Made by a program: the position numbers and the translations under genes
The notes under the pieces: generated by a model
Told to the model about the DNA's origin: nothing
Databases searched by the model: none
What the model saw: the letters and a program-made list of their open reading frames with translations, nothing else
Assembly: GCF_009914755.1 (NCBI RefSeq)
Contig: NC_060939.1
Direction: 5' to 3' (one strand)
Length of the DNA stretch: 64,000 bases
Origin: the human T2T-CHM13v2.0 reference genome, Homo sapiens
Shown here: in pieces, positions 1 through 20,814 of the stretch
How the letters are laid out: every line of letters begins with the position of its first letter
Numbering within the stretch: position 1 is the stretch's first letter

Positions 1-385
<385 letters not shown>

Positions 386-464
386 TAAACTTCAATCTTT
401 CCCTTCAATTCTCCACCCCCCATAACCCATCCTATTAGTCTCCCTAACACTTACGACTCTCTAA

Positions 465-701
<237 letters not shown>

Positions 702-770
702 TGATTACAGGCGTAAGCCACCACGCCTGGCCCATATTATATTATTTACTAATCTATGGTGTTAAGTGTC

Positions 771-1540
<770 letters not shown>

Positions 1541-2218
1541 CTAAAATAGTACCTGGAATATGGCAGACACTTGATAAATACTTGTTCAAAGAAAGAAGGA
1601 ATGAAAATAAACCCTGAAATACTACCATCTGATTATACAGTGTCAATATAATGCCTTTATTCTGACAAAACTATTACTGTTTCTATGGGTACACGTGTTA
1701 TGTAATAGAAATTTCGCACAGGAAAACCACAGAAAGTTACAGGAAAACCCTGGAAAGTTATATGTTAAAGTCTTAAAAGGAGGGTGAGATGACAGAATTG
1801 GGACATTTTAATATATATTCATTGTAGTGATTGTGTAATTCAAAAATAATCAAATGTCTTTAAAAAGATTTTTTTTCAAAACAGGGTCTCAATTAGGTTG
1901 CCTAGGCTGGTCTCAAATTCCTAGGTTCAAGCAATCCTCCTAACTCAGCCTCCCAAGTAACTGGGATTACAGACACATGCTACTGTGCCTGGCTTAAATT
2001 TTTTTGGTTTTTCAAAAAACATCACTCCCTTCTCATCAATGTACTTTTAGCAATAGGTTCTACCTTACCTATAAATGGTTAACTACAATTCTATATTTTT
2101 AACTACAAACTTAAAAACTTTAAATGTATTTCTATTTGTATAAGAGTTATATTAAGACCACCAAAAAAAAGATGAAAAACCAGGGTATTCCTGAATCTGA
2201 AGTAGGCACTGAAACTAA

Positions 2219-2401
<183 letters not shown>

Positions 2402-2598
2402 TAAACGTTTTGTAGAGATGGGGTCTCACTACATTGCTAGGGCTGGTCTCAAATTCCTGGGCTCAAGCAGTCCTCCTGCCTCAGCAACCTAAAGTGCTAG
2501 GATTACAGGTGTGTGTCACTGCGCCTGGCCCATTTCATTATTTTTAAAGTGAAGAAAAAAGAAAACCTACTAAGATTAGGCAAAGGTAAGAGATACTA

Positions 2599-2865
<267 letters not shown>

Positions 2866-3380
2866 TCATTTAAAAAGATGAAAAAAAAAAATTAGGCAAA
2901 CATCAAATACATTCTGGAACAATTTTGCTATTTTATATACTGGAGTAAATTTTCATATTATGTAACTGCCATATTAAGCATGTCACCTCCTCTATAAACC
3001 TTTTCTGGCCTCTGACACTCCTATACTTCTATAAAGCATTCAACACTACTATGATTACCTAGTTAACTAATTGTGTAATTAATATGAGTTTTTTTCCCAC
3101 TAGAATAAAAACTCTTTAATTTCAGGATCTATATCTATCTTGGTCACTGCCATATCTGCAATATTTAGCAAAACTCTACATATAATAGATGCTCAATAAA
3201 TTTCTCTGAATGACTGAATAAAGTTATTATTTGAATGGGAGTCATCTCAAGGACTTTAAACTCCTCGAGAGGAAGAACATTCTGCCTTTTCATCTGTTTC
3301 TCCAGCACTTGGCAATAAGCCTGTCATAGAACAGATAACCAATATACATTTCTTGAATAAATAAGTGAATAAACAAGTCA

Positions 3381-4020
<640 letters not shown>

Positions 4021-4670
4021 TTAATTTTTTTTTCTCAATGATACTTGCAATAGAAGGCTGTCTGAAAGCTTATTTTGTTGGATGTTTAATTGCAAGGATT
4101 TAAAAAGCATAACAGTCCTTATTTTTTCAAAAAGTTAGTCAGTGGGCCATAAAAAAATCATTGTTTTTAAAGACAAGGAGCATGATGTATAAAAATAAGC
4201 ATGTCTTATGCAATATTAACAGTTTTGATATTAAATGTTAAGAAACTTTTTAAAGAGTTATACACAAAGACATGGACAACTCTGGAAATCTTTCCAAGTG
4301 GAAAGAAGGGTAGGAATTATACACAAGATGGCCCTGAAATTCAAGCCAGTTCTATCTATAATTGAGAAGCCAACCATACTCTGCAGAATTCATGGAAGTC
4401 CATCAATAAGATGGCACCAAGTGGCAAAGTTATGCAGATAAGATTTATACCATGCTCCCCCTGGTGCCAGTGACTAGGTGTGCAACAGAAACCCCAAACT
4501 GTGTATTATGCTCATAATTTCATTTTCCTAATTGGTTAAATGGGAATAATATCCCAAACTTCCCAACTTCTTACATTTGAAAAAGATCTGTGTACTTCTA
4601 AAATAAATACTAAAAATAAAAAAAAAAATCAAAGTATTTTCAATTTACATCTTTTAAGATTAATATTTCA

Positions 4671-4808
<138 letters not shown>

Positions 4809-5365
4809 CTATGATTTCAAGTTCTATAACAAGAATTATTTTCAAGAGAAACACACAAGTATATAATTCCACGAAATTTAAGTTAATTACTGTGAATTTT
4901 CAGTGCTCCTAATTAATTCTCTCTGATAATGGAAAGACTTAAGGAGACTAGATTCCAGCCTTTGCCACATTAGCTGTATGACTCCAGAAATCATTCAATT
5001 CTCTGAGTCTGAATATAGAATAACTTTCTTTCTATGAGGTTCAAATAAGACACTATATATGTTAAAGTGTGACACCCTCCACACGTTTCCTATTACATTC
5101 TTCTGTTATACTGAATCACCCAAATATAATAGGAAACAGTGACAAGAGTAAAAAAGCTTAATCTTAATAGATCCTCTGTCTCCCACTCCCTTGATCTACC
5201 AAAGCAACTATCCTAGTACCAAAGATAATGTGAAAAAGATGTAAGTTATACATATTTATTATTTTTGTATAAGCTTGGGAATATCATTTAAATTGAACTT
5301 TCAAATACTATTCATTAGAAATGTAGGCAGAGGTCATCTCTTATTATAATACAGTCTATGAATTA

Positions 5366-5569
<204 letters not shown>

Positions 5570-6843
5570 CTAGCACTCCTTTGATGCTTGGAATTTACTT
5601 CACAGACAAGGCAAGAAATAACTATTGACCAGTTGTCTTCTAACTCTATTAAGTATAGGAAAAAATGAACCATAACGGTGAAGAAACATATCAGTAGATA
5701 TCTGTATAACCCTGGATGTCTTTAAAAGCAGGACAGGTACTACCACACCTAGAAGGAAGAAACTCGAACAGGCATCCACACTAAGAAGGTACACTACACC
5801 TCTAAAAGGAATATGAACAAAGCTTCCTTCTCCAAAAACAATACAATCAGTAACTCAAAACTATGAGCTGCAACAACTTAGGAAGAATGTAGCTACTGTG
5901 CATGCTAAAGGAGGAATATCTTGAAAACACAATAGGTCATAAAGAACAGGTATGAATGTGCTAAGATTTTAAGAGGATTTGAGACACTCTGGATTAGCTA
6001 TCACATTAACAGTAACCTAAACCATGACAAAATATTTTCCCTCAAACATTATGGAAGATGAAAAGTCTAATTTCAGAATTAGCCATTCATACTGGAATAC
6101 ACAACTTTAATCAGGCAAAAAACGAAGAGTTCACTGCCTTCTCCGACCCCACTAGAGACCAGTGTGCTAAGCAAAAAATCAACTGAAGAGACACTGAAAT
6201 GAATTTCTTTTCTTTTTCTTGAGACAGGGTCTTGCTCTGTTGCCCAGGCTGGAGTGCTGTGGCATGATCACAACTCACCATAGCCTCGACCTTCTGGCTC
6301 AAGCAATCCTCCCACCTCAGCCTCCCAAGTATCTGTGACTACAGGCATATGCCAACATGCCCAGCTAATTTATTTTATTTATTTATTTTTGAGATAGGGT
6401 CTTATTATGTTGCCCAGGATAGCCTCAAACTCCTGAGTTCAAGTAATCCTCCCACCTCAGCCTGCCAAAGTGCTGGGATTATAGGCACGAGCCACTGCAG
6501 CTGGCTAAAATGAATTTCTTAATGCCTATGGAAATGAAGTAGAAGCAGCAAAGATTGAGAATACTATTTTTTTTTAAGTTTTGCTTTTCCAGGTACCACT
6601 TACAAAATATATTAAATTGTGAATCTAATTTTTATTGATCACTAGGAAAATATCACCCTGCAAACTGAATAAACAGGCAGGAAATCTCTGTGTTTGCGAT
6701 CCATCAGAGAGAATGCCATGTCAAGGGCCACCAGCAATTCTAGACTAAAATTTTCCTCAGAAACCTTTAAGATGGTCCACTTAAAGCAATTGTATGGTTT
6801 GATTTAAAATTCTATCTTCAAGATTAATTTATGCTTTTCACTA

Positions 6844-6984
<141 letters not shown>

Positions 6985-7582
6985 CTAAAAGCAAAATAAG
7001 CAGTGAGTTAACACACATACATAGTGATGGAAGACTATAAATGATCAGTAATGACATATTCTAAATGCATATTCTGTAGAAATTTTAATTCAAATATTTT
7101 ATATTTCGTGTGCACCTTTGGATACACAACTTCAAGCACAGCTTTTTAAATAGCCTTTGAGATTGAGTACTTACCATTACTCTAACTACATTAAGAGTTT
7201 CATGAGTTTTACAGTATTAAGCCACCTTAATGCAATATATTGAATTATGAGATATGAAATTTAATAAACATCAATTACCAAGTGTGACAGTTGTGGATTA
7301 TTGAATTTAGATAAGAAAAGATAGAACAAATTTAGAAGGGTGGTAAAATTCTCAAATACTGAAAAAGATTATGCTTGTATACATTTACTTAATGTATATA
7401 AAAGAAAAAAATTCACAGCAGACATTTCACCTTTTGTTTAAATTGATATTGTATAAAAAAAAGAGTAAGGCCAGGTACAGTGGCTGACACCTGTAATCCC
7501 AGCACTTTGGGAGGCTGAGGATCACCTGAGGCCAGGAGTTTGAGACCAATGTGGCCAACATGGTGAAACACCATCTCTACTA

Positions 7583-7783
<201 letters not shown>

Positions 7784-9315
7784 CTAACCTGAAGAACAGC
7801 CTGTGTAGTACATATTTAAAAAGCAACAAAAATAAAATAAAGGTGTGTTCTTGTGCTTGTACTGAAATAGATGCATGTGCTAACTTTGTCCTCAGTAGCA
7901 GGAATCCTTGGGAAAGTCACAGTTCCCCAAGTCTCAGTTAATTCTTCTTCTTCTTCTTCTTTTTTTTTTTTTTTTTTTTTGGAAACAGGGTCTCATTCTG
8001 TTACCCAGGCTGAACTTGCAGTGGTGTGATCATAGCTCACTGTAACCTTGAACTCCTGGGCTCAAGAGATTATTCTGCCTTGGCCTCCTGAGTAGCTGGG
8101 ACTACAGGCGCACGCTACTGCGTCCAGCTCATTTTTTGGTTTATGTTTTGTTTTTTTCTGTAGAAGCGGGGTCTTGCGTTGTTGTCCAGGCTGGTCTCGA
8201 ATTCCTGGCCTCAGCTGATCCTCCTGCCTTGGCACCCCAAAGTGCTGGGATTACAGACATGAGCCACCATGCCCATTCTGAAGCACCTACTTAATTTGGT
8301 TTAAAAACCAGATTTGTCAGTATTTAAAGCTAGCTTCAGTAAGTAATCCTCCTCCTGAACCACCTTCTTTAACTGTTCAGGAATTATTACTGGAATAGTT
8401 ACTTGGCTGAACAGATTATCTTACAAATTTTATGTTATACAGACTTTGCCTCTTTTAAAAGTTTTAGAACTTTCTAAATTGCTCAAAATTTAATGTCTTT
8501 TGTATTTTCATTATCCCTTGTTTAACATATCTTCAAGAAATTTTACCATGGTACTTAAAAGTATGTTTTCCTGGATCTGGTCTTCTATCTAAACATCATG
8601 AGGGTGGATGGTACACAGATATCTATCCTATTAAAAATATATCCCATCCAACAAGCTGCCTGCATGGTTTCTGGGAAGAAGAAGCAATAATTGAGTTCTT
8701 TTTGTGCATAAAAAATGACATATTTTAAAATTCTAGCAGACAAGTATAAAAGTGTGTTATCTCAAAACCACAGCTGGTGAAGGACTATCATACAGCAAAT
8801 TGTTTGGCTTCTTCTGATAGACGTTTCTCATTCCAAACCCATTTACAGGCCGCACGACCAGCTACTATTATGTGACCCTTATTCTCAAAACTCCCATCTG
8901 TTACAACATAGCAATCATGGCCAGAGTACTAAAATCTAGCTAATGACAAACACCCTTTCATGGTCTAACACTCTGTTAGGTGAACTGTCATCATAGAAGG
9001 AAACTCAAGGCTCATGAAATTATTTAAATCATCCAATATATAATCAAAACTCTCAGAGACAGAACGGTCCACAAAGATTATTTCACCCATCAGACTGGAG
9101 GAAAAAATGTTAAAATGTATACTACCAAGTGTTGACAATTAAGTAATAGGTATCAAAATTTTTAAACTACATAGCATTTGACTCAGTGATTTCACCTCTA
9201 GAACTCTATTGTAAATAAATTCCAGCCCATGTTTACACAGATACATGCATGACCATGTTTTCTTGCAGTAAAGTATATAAATGCAAAAAACTGGAACCAA
9301 GTTAACTGTCCTTAG

Positions 9316-9705
<390 letters not shown>

Positions 9706-9984
9706 TAAAAGCTACTATTCACAAAACAATTCATGCCATATTATCCCATTTTAGAAGTAAAAAATATATAGCTGTACATGTACTGTAATTTAAAAATCCA
9801 TAGAAGGAGGCCTAAAAGAATGTACAATTGTTAACAGCTATACTTCTAAAGAGGGGAGGGTGAGTTGGGAATAAGAAAGCAGGACTTTGACACCTTGCTC
9901 TGCACACTGCTGTACTACACGCAGTCTTCCTAATAAGGATGTATTTGTGTACAACTTATTTTACAATTTTTAAAAGTGAAAATA

Positions 9985-10820
<836 letters not shown>

Positions 10821-11376
10821 TAAAGACTAAAAATGACACCTTATTAAGAATGGAACAAAAGAAAAGAGAGCTAAGATAACACCCACGGCCACAGAGAGAG
10901 AGCAAGAAAAATCCACTGACGAATTCCTTGTCTTAAGCTCCCATTACACTCCTCCCTCCATTTTTAACTTTATGTAGACTGCTATCCATCTTATAACACA
11001 CTCATTCTTCAGACACATCACAATGCACATGATCAGATTACAGCTTTCTTTACCTTAAGGATGTCTTCAACCACCACAAGCCCTTTCCAAATTCCCTACG
11101 TAGATAAAATTTGGCTTTTCTAGATATCCATCAGCCATCCAAATAAACCATCTCTTAAAATGGGCTACTAATAGAAATGACTCTTGCTCGTTCACTCTCT
11201 CTCTCACATGCAAGCAGAATTCAGCATTACTTTTACATGCAGAAAATTTTAAAATAATAGCCTAATTAGAGTTTTCTCCACAACATAATTTGAAAACCTG
11301 GAAATGGTAGTTTTAACGGAAAATTATGACAAAATCTTGAAAGAATAAATTTTAGCAAAACTACCACATCAATTCA

Positions 11377-11574
<198 letters not shown>

Positions 11575-11658
11575 TTAAACACATTTGATAAAAAAATATT
11601 TTGAAATACTTTCATATTCATATATTCAAGCGTAATTTAGACACTACATTTTTTTCTA

Positions 11659-11754
<96 letters not shown>

Positions 11755-13594
11755 CTATGATTAAAAGATAAGTTCCTAATTATCCATCTATCAGAAATAT
11801 ACAAATAAAGCCACCACTATAAATATCAACAGATCATAAAATCTTAATGGCCAACTGTAAAAATTATTCTTATTAGCAAAAGGGCCAGTTAAGAATTAAA
11901 ATATATTCCGGCCGGGCGCAGTGGCTCAAGCCTGTAATCCCAGCACTCTGAGAGGCTGAGGCAGGCAGATCACCGGAGTCAAGAGTTCAAGACCAGCCTG
12001 GCCAACATGGTGAAACCCCATCTCTACTAAAAATACAAAAATTAGCTAGGCATGGTGGCGGGCACCTGTAATCCCAGCTACTTGGGAGACTGAGGCAAGA
12101 GAATGGCTTGAACCCAGGAGGCGGAGGTTACAGTGAGCCAAGATCACACCACTTCACTCCAGACTGGGCGAAAGAGTGAAACTCCATCTCAAACAAACAA
12201 AGAATTAAAATATTAAAATACATTCCTTAACAAAGAAAATCTAATGCCAATAGATCTTACTACTGACTGACCTTACACTGTCCAACTACCAAGCATTTCA
12301 ACAAAAATTCCTGCCTTGAAAAAGAAAAGTGCTAATTGACAAACCAAAATCAACATGGCTCTTTATTCAAATTTTGTTATAAATTGTGCTTTTTACTTTT
12401 GGTTCAATCCAAGTGTAAGTTCAATGTCCTGGAAATGGTGAAAATGAAGTTCTCTAGTAACATCCCATTGTCAACCACTGAGTTCCTGCCCACATACACA
12501 TATTTATCTATGACAAAGCAAAATATTTCCTATTTTAATTCTTCATTTTTCCTGTTTGGAATTAGAATGGGGTTCTGAGAAAGCTTTTTGATGATTCAGA
12601 TTTTCTATATTCAGAAGGCAATTAGATTTCCCCTTTTTAAGTATCTTTATTACCTCATGGCTGGTTTCCACTTTAGCTAAGTCATATCAGTCATACTATC
12701 GTCTTCTGTCTCCTTGTTTACCTCCAAACTGATTCATTGATTCACTGATGAGTAGGATTAAAAGGCTGTGCCTTGTGCCACCCTCATATGAACTGTTAGC
12801 TTGCAACAATATTCACTGAAGAAAGGATGCAGTGCAAGAATACATTCTCTGCTAAACCAAGTGTTCACCGGCATACCATTTGTACTACAGAGGCCCTTTA
12901 TTATGGATGCAGCTGCATTTAGCTTCTCAAACTTTAAGAGAATTTCCAATTAAGAAACTCAGTTAATTGCAATGTAGCTGCATAGCAGCATGGGATAGAA
13001 AATGGGGCAGAATTTTCCCATTGAAACTATCTTGTTTTTACTGGCAAAACGGCTGGCATTATACAGAAGAATAACTTGCTGTTTATGACAAGTAGCTGAA
13101 TAAAATGGTATAAAACCGAACTCTATTAAACGATCTCTTCATACAGGTACTGGTTGTTTTCTTTAAAATTAGAACATGACAGGTTAGGATTGTAACTGAG
13201 TACAGAAGACGATTTCTATTTTGATTTTTCTCAAAGTAGTATAAAGTATCAAAGTCTTTTTAAAGTAATATTACAATAATTATTTTAAATCACAGCAAAA
13301 CAAACAACAAATCACAAATTCCTATATATCCAAAAACAGGGAAACCAAAAAGATAGCTTAGCCATCATATACTGTGGCTAATACAGACATACAAATAGAT
13401 AGCTTAGCCATCACACATCACACATTGTGGCTGTATCAACTATGTAAGATCCTACAGTTGTTAGCAGGAATTGGGTAAAGAAATCCACATAACTAATCAT
13501 AAACCCACCAGAATATGTTCTTTTATCAATTTCATGTAAAAAATTAGACAGAAGCAACACCAGCAGTATGAACCTCCATTATCACATGCTCTGA

Positions 13595-13915
<321 letters not shown>

Positions 13916-14632
13916 TAATAAAACATAAAATCCTCAAAACATACTCCCTTCAGATTTATTCCTCTGTGAAGTTTAAGCCCCCAACTACACACTCAGCAAC
14001 TCCTATACCATGTGAGAGGGAACTGGTGGCTGAAGGTGTGTAAGCTTAACTGAAGCACTCATCTATATTGCAGGCTGGTGGTATAGACCCTGCAAATCAT
14101 ATCATAGCACCTTTCTAGAGGGTTAGTGTTCCAAGCTGTTATCATCTGATTTCAACAATAACAACAACAACAACAACAAACAAACCCAAGAACATCTTTT
14201 AGTACCAGCTAGAGTTTGGAAAGAATAGTACTTAACATTCAAATTCTTCTACCAATTAAAAATTAACATCCATAATACTTTGTCCAGATTTACCACTTTC
14301 AGGAATTAGAAGCAATTACCAAGTATATTCATCAACACAAAAAAGAGATCAGCTATTAACCTCTAAGGGGACTCAAATATTATCATTCCACTTGGTACCT
14401 GATGGCACATGATGGTGCCAGTGGAACTAAATCAAGTATTCTACTGCATTTCAAAAGATAAAATGCTTAGGGAAGAAACCTTTTAGTTCTTTTTTCACAC
14501 ATGGTAATGGTTGTGACACTGACCATTTAATGAGGATTAGAGCCCAGTTTGGGTTACAATCCTAAGCATAATTCTCTGTTGCCATCTTTTCCTGTCTCTT
14601 GATGGAGATAATATTTGCTATGGCTGACCTTA

Positions 14633-14791
<159 letters not shown>

Positions 14792-14988
14792 CTAAAAAGA
14801 GCAAAAAGGAAAAAAAAAGGTAAAGAATGTTGTCACAGGGTTTTTTTTTTTTTTTTTACTAATTGTTAAGCATGTATGCTTTAAAGAAAACTATTCTGTA
14901 CACAATATTATTCTATAAATTTATTTATAAAATACTTGTTCTATAGCGAAAATCTAGCTATTTGTGTCTATCACTGTACCACTAATAT

Positions 14989-14990
<2 letters not shown>

Positions 14991-15039
<49 letters not shown>

Positions 15040-15325
15040 AGATGGAGTCTCGCTCTGTCGCCCAGGCTGGAGTGCAGTGGCGCGCGCGACCATGGCTCAC
15101 TGCAAGCTCCACCTCCCAGGTTCATGCCATTCTCCCGCCTCCGCCTCCTGAGTAGCTGGAACTACAGGCGCCCACCACCATGTCGGCTAATTTTGTTTTT
15201 GTACTTTCAGTAGAGACGGGGTTTCACAGTGTTAGCCAGGATGGTCTCCATCTCCTGACCTCGTGATCTGCCTGCCTCGGCCTCCAAAGTGCTGGGATTA
15301 CAGGCATGCGCCACCGCACCTGGCC
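14991..15325 (-). mobile_element. AluY with 48-nt pure A tail
   Basis: TSD actaatattctt on both sides. Confidence 0.92.
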
Positions 15326-17121
15326 TACTAATATTCTTATCTAATAAAAATTAGAACGCAAATTAGCCTTCTATTGTTAGGAAAAATGTTTAATTACTTC
15401 AAAACAACTTTCCCACTAATCTACATCTGATAAGAAACTACTATATAACTAAATGTAAATTCCTTAAACAGAACATATTAACTACCTAACTAGGAACTGG
15501 TCAAATTCTACTACCAATTACATTTGGTTACATACTGTACTCCTACAGTATAGGAGTACAGTATAATCACAAATAATGGGTTTGAAATCAGTCACGAAAG
15601 TTGATCCCTATTGTTTCAGTCAAAATGCATTCAATACCAAAATAATTGATAATGGAAATATGTTTTTAAAATATGACACTAAACAGCAGTTTTGCCAGGT
15701 TTTGACTGTTCAAATATGCTTCTGGATTCAAAAAAGGAAGCTTGCAGACAGTATCTTGGAACCAACCAATATCCAGCCCTATCTAATGCAGACTATCAAG
15801 AAACCACCAATCATTCATGGTCATGTGGAATAATTTTAAACACAAGGAACACAAAGATGAACAAGAATGGTCCCTGTATATTTCACAGGAAATTAGACTT
15901 GTTCATATACAATTATAAAATAGAACAGTTTTTCAAATAATGAAGAGATCCAAAATGTTGAAGGCTACAGATCATGAAGTACAGTCAAGTGGGGAAGGAG
16001 GGAAGTTCAGGTGTTCTATCATGTGAAAAGATGAGGAATGGCACCATAGGCATAAGGAAAAAATAAAATCTTGGAACTATTCTTATGGAAAATGGCAAAG
16101 AAAAGTGAGAAAAAGAGGAACTGTGGATCAAATGGCATGGTTACGTGGCTTAATTCAGCAATAACCTTAAGCTCTGGAGCTGGAGTGAAGAAAGCATAGC
16201 ATGGAATTTACCCAGAGCTGGAAACTTAAAAGGAGGGTATGAATTGAAGGGAAGTCAGGACAGTTCCTGGAATGAAATGAAAGTTCTTAGAAAGCAAATA
16301 CCATACCTGTTTATATTTTGTATCCCCAGAATCAAATACAATGTTTGTTTTCCAATGTACATCTGCAGAATTAATTATATGGTACCCTTTCTTTTTTCGT
16401 TGGAAGAGCATCATATTTTGGAAAGGACTTTGTAATAAATAAATAATTAAATAAAATTAATAAAATAATTAAAAATAAAAAATAATTTAAATTATTTAAA
16501 TCACTTTTCACAAGAATTGCCAGTAACAAGCTATTTATTACCAATATATATCCGGCATCATATTTTTTATTATGTTTCACACATCATTTGCCATAAAAAT
16601 TATGAGATTTCCATCACCATTTGAAGAAAAAATCCAAGATTTGGTGGCAGAAGGCCCATACTTGCTGTAAATTATAGTTCTATCATAAGATAAATTAAGT
16701 AGTTATCCTAAGGAACCATCAAGCTTTTAGAACTTCCAACTGGAGATTATATATACTTTTTAAAAGATTTATCAAAATTAGATTTATAAGCATAAACAAC
16801 AAAAGAACATATTTAAGAACCCACTCAGTCCATCTAGCTGATCGATTTTTACTAAGCATTATATACATCATAAAGGTACTCTATTTTATTGACTCCTCTA
16901 TAATTTTTAAAATATTAAACTTCCTTCTAATTCAATGTTTTACATTCCATTTCTCAGATACCACCTAGAGAGAAGCTACAGCCTCTAGGCATGGTTATGC
17001 GGCTTAATTCAGCAATAGCGGTTGTGTAGAACCTAGAGCAGAAGAAATTGGCCTGAACTTTTAAAATGTTATTCTACAATCTAAAGCCCATCTGCAAATT
17101 TAGGAGGATGAATCAGATTAG

Positions 17122-17349
<228 letters not shown>

Positions 17350-17569
17350 TGACCTCAAATGATCTGCCTGCCTCAGCCTCCCAAAGTGCTGAGATTACAG
17401 ATTGAGCCATCGCACCTAGCCAAGATTAGAGATTTTCAAACTGCATCTATAGAAGGGTTCTAGGAAGCTATCTCAGGAGCCACCACATGGGATAAGGTAG
17501 GGACTAGGCATGTACAGCTGCTAGAATGCCCCCCTACCCAACTTTGCTTTAACCAGATTAACCAAACTA

Positions 17570-17770
17570 ACATTGATGGAGCACTGTACTAAGCAGTTTT
17601 ATACATAGTATCCTATTTAAAATTCCTACAAAGTCTATGATGGAGGTACTAGTATTACTCTGACTTCACAGATGAGGAAACTGGAGCTTAGCAGCTACAC
17701 AGGTAGGAAGCAGAGTCAGGTTATTCTAAGTCCAGGTAGTCTGACTCCACAGTTTGAGTTCCTAATTACC
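17570..17770 (-). mobile_element. MIR
   Basis: acagatgaggaaactg core. Confidence 0.65.
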
Positions 17771-18413
17771 AGCACACATCAAAGCACCACCATTTTTAGC
17801 TGTTTTATACATGGGTCATTCCTGTAAGATTGCACTTGGCAAACATTCTTGTGCTTAAAAAAAAAAATAGCATTGTCAGAAAGAAAAATATAATCTCAAA
17901 AGACCTCTTTTCCTGCTCTAAAAATTCTATAACTCTAAAATCCTATTTTAAGCAGAAGAGTAGTACAGAATATGACTAAAGAGTAAAAAAATACATGTCC
18001 ATTATTGAAAAGGTTTTAAAGGAAACAAATTTTCATTTTATTATTTTATAACCCATTGCCTCTCTACACTTTAGGATCAATCCTCTTTTAACAATAGTTA
18101 TGAGAGGAAAAGGAGCCAAATTCTTAAACATTTAAAGATAACTATTGAAATACTTAACGAGGTAATTGCCTCAAAAGGAATCTCGATCTCTTCAAACACT
18201 GCTATTTAAATAAAAATTAACTATGCAGGCCTATGCCATCCATAAATTCTTAGTCATCAGCCTTACCTGGGCTCTCAAAACTGTCTAGCAATGCTACCAC
18301 AACTTCCTTGTTCGCACTCTCACCCTCCACAGCAATGATTTCAAATATCCTCTCCTGATGTTTCTTCTTTTTCTTTTTTGGAAACAAAGTCTCCCTCTAT
18401 TACCCAGTCTTGA

Positions 18414-19990
<1,577 letters not shown>

Positions 19991-20029
19991 GGTTTTCTGC
20001 TGAAAGGTCAATTCCTCCAAAAAGCATTA

Positions 20030-20250
20030 GTACAGTTGCAGTGGTAGAGTACAGGCTTTGGAGCCAGCCACGTTGCCTGGGTTTGAATCCCACCTCCACC
20101 ATAACGTCTCAGTACCTCAGTTCTCTGACTGTAAAATGGAGATGATGATAATAATATTAATATCTCATAGAGTTGTTGTGAGGGTTAAATTAATAAATGT
20201 AAAGCTCTTAGAATGATGCCTGGAACATATTAATCCTCAATAAATGTTAG
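20030..20250 (+). mobile_element. MIR
   Basis: MIR core cctcagtt...ctgtaaaatggagatgatgataataata...gttgttgtgagggttaaat. Confidence 0.8.
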
Positions 20251-20814
20251 CTACACATAAAAGCCTTCTTTGGACCGTCTCGGACTAGTTAGCTTTGCTA
20301 GCACCAACATGGTACCTTGTAATTGCCTTCATTACAGCACTTATCACACCTGATCATATTCACCTGATTGTCTTCTCGTCCCCCTTTGATACTGAGTACA
20401 GGAGCAATGTCTGATATTTCTTACCACTATAACCCTAGACTCCAGTATCCAGCACAGAGCTGACACCAATAAGGGAAGTGAACATTTTTTTTAAAGAACT
20501 CTTCGTTGGCCAGTCGCAGTGGCTCACGCCTGTAATCCCAGCAATTTGGGAGGCCGAGGCCGATGGATCACCTGAAGTCAGGAGTTCGAGACCAGCCTGG
20601 TCAGTAGAGTGAAACCCCATTTCTCCTAAAAATACGAAAATTAGCTGGGCATGGTGGCACACGCCATAGTCCCAGCTACTCAGGAGGCTAAGGCACAAGA
20701 ATCACTTGAACCCTGGAGGTGGATGTTTCAGTGAGCCGAGATCACACCACTGCACTCCAGCCTAGGCGAGAGAGACTCCATCTCAAAACAAAACAAAACA
20801 AAACAAAACAAACA

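Noticed and set aside
1718-1759. 21-bp tandem duplicate (similar 23-bp one at 18789-18834)
   Set aside because: Ordinary slippage duplications with no functional hint.
16134-17017. CRISPR-like repeats
   Set aside because: Only two copies, 854 bp apart, in a mammalian intron; no array and no cas genes.
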